A DNA stretch of 20,380 nucleotides, from positions 1 through 20,380 of the forward strand of contig JAXINV010000051.1 in assembly GCA_034190465.1 (NCBI GenBank). Direction: 5' to 3'. This stretch comes from Candidatus Asbonarchaeum danakilense (GTDB lineage Archaea; Nanohalarchaeota; Nanosalinia; Nanosalinales; Nanoanaerosalinaceae). The translations under genes and the position numbers were made by a program. Shown here piece after piece: positions 1 through 7,242 of this stretch. The notes beneath the pieces are model-generated. The model was not told the origin of the DNA. It did no database searches and worked only from the letters and a program-made list of their open reading frames with translations. Within the stretch, counting starts at the first letter, position 1, and every line of letters begins with the position of its first letter.

Positions 1-310
1 AAAGCGGATCGTGAGCTGGGTTTAGATCGGCGTGAGCCAGATCGGTTGCTATCTACTGGGAGTGTTCGGTGGCTGAGAGGAAGATTCGGACAGTACGAAA
101 GGAACCCCGAATCGGAGCCTCTGGTGCAGCAGTCGTCCGGAAGGGCGTGCTGCGTAGCTACGCTCTAAGGGGAAAGGGCTGAAGGCATCTAAGCCCGAAA
201 CCCGCCTCAAAAATAGCCACCACAGGTGCCTGCACAAGACGGGTTTGATAGAGTGGCGGTGTAAGCAGCGAGGCAACGAGCTGTTCAGCCGACCACTACT
301 AAGAACCACT
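1..310 (+). rRNA. rrl: 23S rRNA, 3' portion (partial; end of domain V and domain VI)
   Basis: GTGAGCTGGGTTTAGA..CGTGAG.CAG (PTC/H93 region, 11-45), sarcin-ricin loop AGTACGAAAGGAAC (92-105), GCTGAAGGCATCTAAG (178-193). The 3' end is approximate. Confidence 0.97.
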
Positions 311-313
311 TCC

Positions 314-396
314 GGACACGTTGATCCGTGTCTTAGACAGCTACGGTTTCCACACCGGGTAGACAAGACCTACCTCTTTCCCCTGTTCTTCTTCCC
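314..396 (+). terminator. 23S trailer: three short hairpins followed by a pyrimidine tract (putative processing/termination region)
   Basis: GGACACG/CGTGTCT (314-333), CGGT/ACCG (344-357), GGTAG/CTACC (358-374), then TCTTTCCCCTGTTCTTCTTCCC. Confidence 0.35.
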
Positions 397-455
397 ACAC
401 CTCATCCCCTTCTCCAAAAAACTCCCCGCCGCCGTTGTCACGGTGAAGGAACAAC

Positions 456-463
456 TTTATATA
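456..463 (+). promoter_or_regulatory. TATA box for 489..992 (probably leaderless mRNA)
   Basis: TTTATATA in a GC-rich context, about 25 nt before ATG 489. Confidence 0.7.
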
Positions 464-488
464 CAAGAGAGGGTCATCAGGGCCCGAG

Positions 489-992
489 ATGGACCTCGAC
501 CAACTGTACGGGGACGGCCCAGACCAGACCGTCGAAACTTTCCGTAACAAAACACGGGAACTCGACGACGGCCAGGTCTTCGCACACAAAGAAGCAGCAT
601 TAATCCATGCGGTAGAAAACAACCTGGACGCCCACAAAGAAGCGCTCGAAGAAGCATACTGGGAAGACATCGTCCAGCACGCCCGCGAAGACTACGTCGC
701 CGACAGGACCGCCGCCAAAGAAGCACTGTACTGGCACAACAAACACGGCCTGTTCGACGAATACGAGGTCAAAGACCTCTGCCACAACGAACTCGACGTC
801 AAACAGGCCTACAGCGACCTCACAGACCAGATCGACGACACCGGCAGCCTGGACAACATCGAGAACAGGGCCGCCTACCACGTCGTCCAGCCCGCAGAGG
901 TCGCCCACCGGGCCGAGACCACCGACGACCACGTCATCGAAGAAGTCGAGGCCATGCAGGAACAGCTGGAGACCCCCTACCTCGACAGCTAA
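489..992 (+). CDS. Acidic hypothetical protein (167 aa)
   Basis: D/E-rich halophile-type composition, C-ending codon bias, TATA box upstream. No family recognised. Confidence 0.85.
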   Translation: MDLDQLYGDGPDQTVETFRNKTRELDDGQVFAHKEAALIHAVENNLDAHKEALEEAYWEDIVQHAREDYVADRTAAKEALYWHNKHGLFDEYEVKDLCHNELDVKQAYSDLTDQIDDTGSLDNIENRAAYHVVQPAEVAHRAETTDDHVIEEVEAMQEQLETPYLDS

Positions 993-994
993 CC

Positions 995-1003
995 TTTTAA
1001 ATA
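995..1003 (+). promoter_or_regulatory. TATA box of the RNase P RNA gene
   Basis: TTTTAAATA about 21-25 nt upstream of the predicted P1 5' strand. Confidence 0.75.
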
Positions 1004-1023
1004 ACGTAGCAGCATAGTCAGAC

Positions 1024-1437
1024 GTGTGGAGGAGGCGATCCTCACCCCCTCGCACCAGCGTAACAGCCGTTGCACGCGGGCAGACGCCCGCAGAGGGAAG
1101 AAAGTCCCGCCTCCCCCGGAACACTCCGGGAGTCACGTGCGCCGGGGAAAGCCCGGGCGGTGAGAGCCGTGTCAATGCAGCAGAAACGACACGTCCACGT
1201 GCACATCATGCGATGAAGCCCAGAACAAAACAGCACGTCTCGCCTGGCCGCGAGACAGCTGCAACGGGCGGAGGACGCATGTGGGAACGTTGAAACGGGC
1301 AGACCGCACGGAGCAAGCCTGAAACGGTGCTCAGTCGAATGAGGAATGCCGTCATGGCGGGTTCGCGTAGCGGACCCGCCTGGCGTGATTGAACGCCGCG
1401 GCGTTCAATAGAAGCGGGCTTACGTCCTCCACCACAC
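1024..1437 (+). ncRNA. rnpB: RNase P RNA (archaeal, type A-like)
   Basis: CR-I GAAGAAAGTCCCGC (1097-1110) pairs with CR-V AATAGAAGCGGGCTTA (1407-1422) to form P4. CAGAAAC and TGAAACGG..GGAGCAAG motifs are present. Termini GTGTGGAGGA / TCCTCCACCAC pair as P1. Confidence 0.93.
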
Positions 1438-1460
1438 ACCCTTCCTCCTCCCAGGCGCGA

Positions 1461-1470
1461 TTTTTATAAA
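1461..1470 (+). promoter_or_regulatory. TATA box upstream of Sec61beta/tRNA-Arg
   Basis: TTTTTATAAA about 33 nt before ATG 1504. Confidence 0.7.
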
Positions 1471-1503
1471 GCTGGCAGGCGCTTCCCGAGACAGGTCGGT
1501 ACC

Positions 1504-1662
1504 ATGGCCAACAACGAACAGCAGATGCCCTCCTCCTTCGGCGGCCTCGTCCAATACTTCGACGAAGGTGAGCAAAAATTCCAGCTCGATCCCAAGGTCG
1601 TCACCGCCAGCGTCATCGGCGTCATCACCCTGGAGATCATCGTCAAACTCGCCGCAGGATGA
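1504..1662 (+). CDS. secG: Preprotein translocase subunit Sec61beta/SecG (52 aa)
   Basis: Hand translation MANNEQQMPSSFGGLVQYFDEGEQKFQLDPKVVTASVIGVITLEIIVKLAAG*. Shows the GGLVxYFDE..lxP motif and one C-terminal TM helix typical of archaeal Sec61beta. Below the ORF-track length cut-off. Confidence 0.9.
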   Translation: MANNEQQMPSSFGGLVQYFDEGEQKFQLDPKVVTASVIGVITLEIIVKLAAG

Positions 1663-1672
1663 TGACAGCAAA

Positions 1673-1896
1673 GGGCCCGTAGCTCAGCCTGGACAGAGCG
1701 CTCGGCTTCTACCTTAGGAGCGAACCCTTCCTCCCGAAGGTCACCATGGCCCCCTCCCTCGACTCCGTCTCAGTCGGGTCGGATCGGATTCGAGCGACCA
1801 TGGGAGCGAGAATGGAACCTTACCAGACTGAAACGGGAAGGACCTCCTATTTAGGGAGGGACCGAGTAGTCGAGGGTTCAAATCCCTCCGGGTCCG
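1673..1896 (+). tRNA. tRNA-Arg(UCU) with intron at 37/38 (exons 1673-1711 and 1861-1896)
   Basis: Acceptor GGGCCCG/CGGGTCC, D arm GCTC..GAGC, anticodon stem CTCGG/CCGAG with CT-TCT-A|A loop, T arm GAGGG-TTCAAAT-CCCTC, discriminator G1896. CCA is not directly encoded (TCACCA follows). Confidence 0.93.
1712..1860 (+). other. 149-nt tRNA intron with bulge-helix-bulge splice motif
   Basis: Central helix CTTC(1706-1709)/GGAG(1855-1858), 3-nt bulges TA|C and GG|A, then stems TAGGAG/CTCCTA and CCTTCCT/GGGAAGG. Confidence 0.88.
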
Positions 1897-1904
1897 TCAC
1901 CAAA

Positions 1905-1967
1905 GAGGGATTCTGAACCAGAGAAAACCTGTACCAGGTTTTCGACGTTCAAATCCCTCCGGGTCCG
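1905..1967. repeat. tRNA-derived hairpin element: antisense T-arm copy, inner palindrome and 21-bp direct repeat of the tRNA 3' end
   Basis: GTTCAAATCCCTCCGGGTCCG at 1876-1896 and 1947-1967. GAGGGATT(C)TGAAC 1905-1918 is the reverse complement of its first 13 nt with one extra base. GAAAACCTG-TAC-CAGGTTTTC at 1923-1943. Confidence 0.9.
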
Positions 1968-2126
1968 CTCACTTCGGTTCGCTTCCCCTCCCTCTCCCCG
2001 CGTGATTTGATAGGTTCCCGCTTCCCTTCTAAAGCACTCCACAGTTCAGATCTCTCCAGTCTGCCAGTATAGATCCCCCGATGAAGTCCCCTCCACAGAC
2101 AGTCTGCACCACCAGGCCGCCAAGAG

Positions 2127-2134
2127 TTTATAAA
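2127..2134 (+). promoter_or_regulatory. TATA box for the RND/COG1361 operon
   Basis: TTTATAAA about 28 nt upstream of ATG 2163. Confidence 0.7.
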
Positions 2135-2162
2135 AGTTTGTTGAAAGTTATTGCACAATCAA

Positions 2163-3230
2163 ATGAAGGAACCGGTGCTACAGCGACTCACCACCATCCA
2201 GGAAGACCATGCACTCGAGGTCGTCCTCCTCTTCACGTTCCTCACAGCAGCCATGGCTCCCGGTATGGCAAGGGTCGAGACAATAGTCGCGCTCGAGAAC
2301 ATGATGCCCGCAAGCAGCGATCCCGTCCAGGGATTCAACACTCTCAGGGCAGAGGGGATCGGCAAAGACACCATCGCCGTACAGCTCACCGCCGGCCAGA
2401 CAGAACACGGCATCCAGGACATCACCAACGACAGGGCAGAGCAGTACATCGCCGGCCTCACAGACGACATCCGCGACATCTACGGCATCACCGCTGTCCA
2501 CAACCCTTTCCAACGACCCGGCCTCATCAGCCGCGACCGGCAGACCGCCGTCATCGTCGCCTCCACCTACATGGGCGACAGCGGCCAAGCCATGGAACGG
2601 ATGTTCAACGAGATCAGAGAACAGACCCGGTACGAACGTCCCGAAGGTATCAAAGCAACACTCTCCGGCGTTCCCGCCGTCCAGCAGCGCCTCGCATCCA
2701 TGGTCCAGCACGACAAGAACCTCACAACCGCCATCTCACTCCTCCTCGTCTTCCTCATCACCCTCGCCCTCTTCCAGGGCTCGCTCACCGCCTCATTCAT
2801 GCCCTTGCTCGTCGTCGCGCTCAGCGTCATCTGGCTCTACGGCACCATGGGCTATCTCGGCATCCCCCTTTCCACCCTCGCCGGCTCCGTCGCCGCCCTC
2901 GTCATCGGCATCGGGATCGACTACTCCATCCACATCCTCAACACCTACCGCTACCACCGCCATGAGACCTCCGTCAAAGAAGCACTCTCCGAAGCCGTCG
3001 GCGAGACAGGGGTCGCACTCATCGCCACCTCCGTCACAACCATCAGCGCCTTCATGGCCTTCCTCAGCGGCGCCATGCCCGAGATGCACCGGTTCGGCCT
3101 CATCATGTCCATCGGCATCGGCTACGCACTCATGTTCAGCTTCTTCCTCCTCCCCGCCGTCTTCGTCCTCGAAGAACAGGTGCTCGAAACCATCCACGAC
3201 AGGCTCCAGTGGAGGCACGACTTCCCATGA
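2163..3230 (+). CDS. RND/MMPL-family (HAE3-like) transporter, half-size subunit 1
   Basis: N-terminal TM, extracytoplasmic domain, then 5 TMs. GIGIDYSIHI motif and TGVALIATSVTTISAF. ATG 2163 preferred over TTG 2151 on TATA spacing. Confidence 0.9.
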   Translation: MKEPVLQRLTTIQEDHALEVVLLFTFLTAAMAPGMARVETIVALENMMPASSDPVQGFNTLRAEGIGKDTIAVQLTAGQTEHGIQDITNDRAEQYIAGLTDDIRDIYGITAVHNPFQRPGLISRDRQTAVIVASTYMGDSGQAMERMFNEIREQTRYERPEGIKATLSGVPAVQQRLASMVQHDKNLTTAISLLLVFLITLALFQGSLTASFMPLLVVALSVIWLYGTMGYLGIPLSTLAGSVAALVIGIGIDYSIHILNTYRYHRHETSVKEALSEAVGETGVALIATSVTTISAFMAFLSGAMPEMHRFGLIMSIGIGYALMFSFFLLPAVFVLEEQVLETIHDRLQWRHDFP

Positions 3231-4267
3231 TCGAACCGCTCGCGCGACAACTCGTCCGGCTGCAGACCGCGAAACCGTTCCACGTCCTCGCCGCCCTCGG
3301 ACTCGTCACAGCACTCCTCGTTCCCGGCATACTCCAGCTCCAGATCAGGCCCAGCACCGAGGCCATCCTCCCGGAAGACGACCCTGTCGTCGAATCTCTC
3401 GACACCCTGCGGGCCAAGTTTTCCGGCGACAGCACCTACATCCTCGTCCGTGACAGCCACGACATCCGCCGCCACGACTTCATGGAGAAACTCCAGCGGA
3501 TAGAGAACCGGCTTATCCGGCTCGAGAACGTGGCAGGCGTCACCTCCCCCGCGTCCATCCTCGAACAGCAGTACGGCAGGATCCCAGAGCAGAAAGAACG
3601 CCTCAGCATCGACTACCGTGGCCTCGCCACCGACGACTACAGGACCGCCGTCATCACCGTCAGGGCCGACACCCAGGCCGACGCCAGCGAGATCCGGCAG
3701 CTCCACAATCAGATCACCCGTATCATGCAGGCGGAGGCTCTCGGCGAAGGCTTCCAGCTCACCGGCTACAACATGATCAACCTCGCCACCTTCCAGGTCA
3801 TCATCAGCGACTTCATCAAGATCACCGCCGTCGCCTTCCTCGCCGTCCTCACGGTCCTCTACGCGGTCTTTCGGGACGTGAAACGGATGCTCATGCCCGT
3901 GACACCCGTCATCCTCGCCCTTATCTGGATGCTCGGGCTCGGCGGCTACCTCGGCGCCGACCTCACCATCATTTCCATGGTCTCCGCCGCCATGATCATG
4001 GGGCTCGGCATCGACTTCGGCATCCACGTCACCAAGCGATACTACGGTTCCACCCGCGACCGCGAAGGCCTCGAAACGACGATGGAAGAACTGGCACGTG
4101 GCCTGCTCGGCGGCTCCACCACCACAGGCGTCGGCTTCCTCGCACTGCTCGCCGCCAACCTCGCCGGCATGCACGCGCTCGGGATCTTCCTCTTCACCGG
4201 CATCATGTCCGCTTACATGGGGGCCGTCATCCTGCTCCCCACCATCATCGTACTTATCGACCTCTAA
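3227..4267 (+). CDS. RND/MMPL-family (HAE3-like) transporter, half-size subunit 2
   Basis: Same 1+5 TM layout, GLGIDFGIHV motif, GGSTTTGVGFLAL. ATGA overlap with the upstream stop. Confidence 0.9.
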   Translation: MIEPLARQLVRLQTAKPFHVLAALGLVTALLVPGILQLQIRPSTEAILPEDDPVVESLDTLRAKFSGDSTYILVRDSHDIRRHDFMEKLQRIENRLIRLENVAGVTSPASILEQQYGRIPEQKERLSIDYRGLATDDYRTAVITVRADTQADASEIRQLHNQITRIMQAEALGEGFQLTGYNMINLATFQVIISDFIKITAVAFLAVLTVLYAVFRDVKRMLMPVTPVILALIWMLGLGGYLGADLTIISMVSAAMIMGLGIDFGIHVTKRYYGSTRDREGLETTMEELARGLLGGSTTTGVGFLALLAANLAGMHALGIFLFTGIMSAYMGAVILLPTIIVLIDL

Positions 4268-4290
4268 TCGATACAACGAAACACGATACC

Positions 4291-5559
4291 ATGACACCGA
4301 CACTCTACAACAAGACGGCAGCACTCTTCATCGTCCTCGCACTGACAGCGGGGACAGCAACAGCAGTACCCCAGCTCGACGGGGTCAGCTTCGATCCCGC
4401 CTTCATCGCCGCAGGCGACCGGGTCAACATCTCCGTCAACCTGCGCGAGCCACAGACCCCCGACGAGATCTGGCACCCCGACAGACAGCTCCGCGTCGTC
4501 CTCAAACCCGGCAACCACCTGACAGAGGAGTATGTCACCATCGAAGACGCACGTGACACCACCATCGGCTTCCTCTACCCCAACGGCGTCTGGAACAAAA
4601 AGTTCCAGGTCAACGTCAAAAGCGGGGCACCGACCGGGAGCTACGACTTCGAGCTCCACATCAGCTACCTGAAAGACGGAGAGCCCGTCACCCTCGACGG
4701 CAACACCACCGCCACATTCATCCGGACGTTCAGCATGCCGGTCGAGACCGAGGGCGTCGACATCAGCTCCACAGTCCTCGGGACACAGCCGGACGAGCCA
4801 CGGCCCGGCGACGATTACGTCGACATCCGGTTCGCCATCACCAACACCGGCAGCAAGCCCATCGAAGAACTCGACCTGAGGCCCACCACGCCACGCCACA
4901 TCAAGGCCTCGCATTCCAGCGACGAGAAGTTCAGCGTCAGCCTCCTCAAGCCAGGCCAGACAGCGACCAGGACCCTGAGCGTCGACCTCGACGAAGACCT
5001 GGCCCCCGGCCTCCACTGGATCGACCTCGACGCCAGCTACGAGGACCGTGACGGCAACCCGTACAGCGAACAGCTCCAGCTCCCGCTGCGTGTCGAGGGA
5101 CGGCCCGACCTGGAGATCAGCAACGCCCAGCTCACCATGCAGGCCGGCGGCACACGGCAGCTCCGGTTCACCGTCACCAACACCGGCAGCCAGGACGCCG
5201 AGGCCGTGACAGCCCGTGCCATCGTCGAGAGGACCCAGCCCTTCTCCCTCGCCGACCGGTCCGCCTACATCGGTGAGATCGAGGCAGGGGAACAGGCAGC
5301 GACCGTCCTCAGACTGTCCGCCAAGCGGGCGGCGACCCTGCAGCCCCACCAGCTCAAGCTGCAGCTCCGGGCTCTCGGTGACAGCGAGGAAGGTGACAGT
5401 TCGGTCTACACCACGACAGCGACCGCAGCGATCACACTTGACGGCAGGACACAGTCCCCGCTCATCCCGCTCGGGCTCGGTGCAGCCCTCCTCGTCGTGG
5501 CTGGAGCAGGGTACCGCTACCGCAAACAGTCGGACAACGACAGCAACGGAGGTGAGTGA
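4291..5559 (+). CDS. COG1361-type S-layer-domain / Ig-like repeat surface protein
   Basis: Signal peptide, repeated 'F.ITNTGS' Ig-like (CARDB-like) units, C-terminal TM plus basic tail. This family commonly neighbours archaeal RND transporters. Confidence 0.82.
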   Translation: MTPTLYNKTAALFIVLALTAGTATAVPQLDGVSFDPAFIAAGDRVNISVNLREPQTPDEIWHPDRQLRVVLKPGNHLTEEYVTIEDARDTTIGFLYPNGVWNKKFQVNVKSGAPTGSYDFELHISYLKDGEPVTLDGNTTATFIRTFSMPVETEGVDISSTVLGTQPDEPRPGDDYVDIRFAITNTGSKPIEELDLRPTTPRHIKASHSSDEKFSVSLLKPGQTATRTLSVDLDEDLAPGLHWIDLDASYEDRDGNPYSEQLQLPLRVEGRPDLEISNAQLTMQAGGTRQLRFTVTNTGSQDAEAVTARAIVERTQPFSLADRSAYIGEIEAGEQAATVLRLSAKRAATLQPHQLKLQLRALGDSEEGDSSVYTTTATAAITLDGRTQSPLIPLGLGAALLVVAGAGYRYRKQSDNDSNGGE

Positions 5560-5750
5560 CAGTGCGGCCCAAGAAAAAGTTCATGCGTCGGCTCGCCGGC
5601 AGCCTCGTCACCGCCGGCGTCCTCGGCGGCTGGTTCATCCACCCGTACCTCTACGCGGTGGACCTGTTCGTCGGGCTGAACATGATCCAGAGCTCGTTCA
5701 CGGATTTCTGCCCGCCGGAAAAATTCTACGACCGGTACCCCGGGGAGTGA
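5556..5750 (+). CDS. DUF2892 / YgaP-like small membrane protein
   Basis: R.lAG..V..G...FVGLNMIQSSFTDFCP signature with two TMs. SD GGAGGTGA at 5548-5555 suggests the start may be GTG 5562. Confidence 0.85.
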   Translation: MTVRPKKKFMRRLAGSLVTAGVLGGWFIHPYLYAVDLFVGLNMIQSSFTDFCPPEKFYDRYPGE

Positions 5751-5785
5751 AAGCCTCTTCCCCCGCTACCGACAAGACCCACAAC

Positions 5786-5822
5786 TTTTTTATATTTCTG
5801 TGCATATATGTGCATATATGCA
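5786..5822 (+). promoter_or_regulatory. arsR promoter (TATA) and 10-2-10 inverted-repeat operator
   Basis: TTTTTTATAT at 5786-5795. TGCATATATG-TG-CATATATGCA at 5801-5822 overlaps the ATG. Confidence 0.75.
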
Positions 5823-6120
5823 AGTATTCAAGGCATTGTCGAGCGACACCCGGCTCCACGTCCTGGAACTCATCATGAAGCACGAGCCGGTGTGCATCTG
5901 TGAGCTGGACGAGATGTGTTCCCGCGATAGGTCGGTGATCTCCCGCCACATCCAGAAGCTGGACGATGCAGGTATCATCGAGACAAGGAAAGACGGCAGG
6001 AAGCTCATCTCCACCGTCCCAAAACGAGAAGTTGTCGAAGATCTCATCGAAGCCAAGGAGGTGTTGGAAGATGAAAGTGCAGATCCTGGGAAGGGGCTGT
6101 CCGAAATGCAAGAAGCTTGA
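5818..6120 (+). CDS. arsR: ArsR/SmtB-family metalloregulator
   Basis: FKALSSDTRL.., alpha3 CICEL Cys motif, SVISRHIQKLDDAGII..RKDGR winged HTH. ATG 5818 fits TATA spacing. Confidence 0.9.
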   Translation: MQVFKALSSDTRLHVLELIMKHEPVCICELDEMCSRDRSVISRHIQKLDDAGIIETRKDGRKLISTVPKREVVEDLIEAKEVLEDESADPGKGLSEMQEA

Positions 6121-6337
6121 GGAAAACACGAGGGACATGCTGGAGCAGATGGAGGAGGAAGAGGATCCGCCCCTTGATCCGGACGACATCAAGATCGAGA
6201 AAATCTACGACCTTCAGAAAGCCAGCAGCATGGGGATGATGTCCGCACCGGGCCTCGCCATCGACGGCGAGCTCAAGAAACAGGGGAACGTGCTCAACCC
6301 CGGGGAGATCAGGGAGGTCATAGAGGACGAAGCATGA
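6071..6337 (+). CDS. Small redox-active disulfide protein (thioredoxin/MTH895-like)
   Basis: MKVQILGRGCPKCKKL (CxxC), GMMSAPGLAIDGE. SD GGAGGTG at 6057-6063. The track's longer N-terminus is spurious. Confidence 0.9.
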   Translation: MKVQILGRGCPKCKKLEENTRDMLEQMEEEEDPPLDPDDIKIEKIYDLQKASSMGMMSAPGLAIDGELKKQGNVLNPGEIREVIEDEA

Positions 6338-7230
6338 CTGCTCCCCTCTCCTCGTTCCTTTCCTCACTCGGAGTACCGGAGTCGATCGCTGGAGTCATGT
6401 CCTTCTGGATCTTCGACTCCCTGAAGATCCTGGCCCTGATGTCCGTCCTGTTCTTCGGACTGAACTACCTGCGAACCTACCTTACACCTCAGAAAATCAG
6501 CGAGTACCTTGAAAGGCATAAAACAGTCCAGTACCCGCTGGCCTCAGTTTTCGGAACACTGTCGCCCTTCTGCTCCTGTTCCACGATCCCGCTCTTCATG
6601 GGCTTCCTACGCGCAGGTGTATCTATAGGGCCGACGCTTACATTCCTACTGACTTCGCCCATAGTCAACCTTGTAGCGATCCCAATATTGCTGACAGCAT
6701 TTGGATGGAAGATAACACTGCTCTACACTGTCATAGGCCTGTCTATCAGCATGATAGCCGGTTTTTCACTAGAGAAACTTGGCTTCGAGAAAAATATCGA
6801 GCGAGGGGATGTAGCAGAGACAGCAGTAGACAACAGATGGAAAGAAGCCTACAGAGACACCTACGACCAGATGAAACGGTTCACACCGTACGTCCTCGTA
6901 GGCACAGCACTGGGAGCCTTGATCCACGGCTACCTACCGACAGACCTCCTCAAAAAATACGCCATCACAGTCTGGGCCATCCCTCTGGCAGTATTACTAG
7001 CGGTACCAGTCTACACCAACATCTTCGCCGTCATCCCTGTCGTCGAATCCTTGATGGCGAAGGGTCTGCCAGTCTCCGTAGCCGTAACATTCATGATGGC
7101 CGCTGCCGGTCTGTCACTCCCCGAGTTCATCATGCTGAAAGACGTGATGGACAACAAGATGCTCGGAGCACTGATAAGCGTCGTCACAGCCTCCATCGTC
7201 CTGACAGGATTCCTGATCCAGCTCGTCTAA
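6334..7230 (+). CDS. ArsP/DUF318-family permease
   Basis: About 8 TMs, PFCSCSTIP and FLLTSPIVN motifs, LSLPE in the second half. ATGA overlap with the thioredoxin gene. Confidence 0.9.
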   Translation: MTAPLSSFLSSLGVPESIAGVMSFWIFDSLKILALMSVLFFGLNYLRTYLTPQKISEYLERHKTVQYPLASVFGTLSPFCSCSTIPLFMGFLRAGVSIGPTLTFLLTSPIVNLVAIPILLTAFGWKITLLYTVIGLSISMIAGFSLEKLGFEKNIERGDVAETAVDNRWKEAYRDTYDQMKRFTPYVLVGTALGALIHGYLPTDLLKKYAITVWAIPLAVLLAVPVYTNIFAVIPVVESLMAKGLPVSVAVTFMMAAAGLSLPEFIMLKDVMDNKMLGALISVVTASIVLTGFLIQLV

Positions 7231-7242
7231 GCCCTTCACGGA

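Noticed and set aside
49..547. ORFs 49..366(-) and 245..547(+)
   Set aside because: They overlap the 23S rRNA and its trailer and lack protein-like composition.
1024..1439. ORFs 1024..1293, 1042..1236 and 1206..1439
   Set aside because: They lie within the RNase P RNA.
1659..1831. Box C/D guide RNA from ATGATGA (1659-1665) and CTGA (1828-1831)
   Set aside because: The box C-like motif is the secG tandem stop, outside the intron. No convincing box C or C'/D' was found inside the intron.
1876..1967. CRISPR array, second tRNA or intact integrated element
   Set aside because: There are only two repeat copies, both tRNA-derived. The second lacks a 5' tRNA half, and no cas or integrase gene is in the window.
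2163..4267. SecD/SecF assignment for the half-size RND pair
   Set aside because: Motifs (GIGIDYSIH, TT..GF) and the COG1361 neighbour fit HAE3/MMPL. SecDF signatures were not seen.
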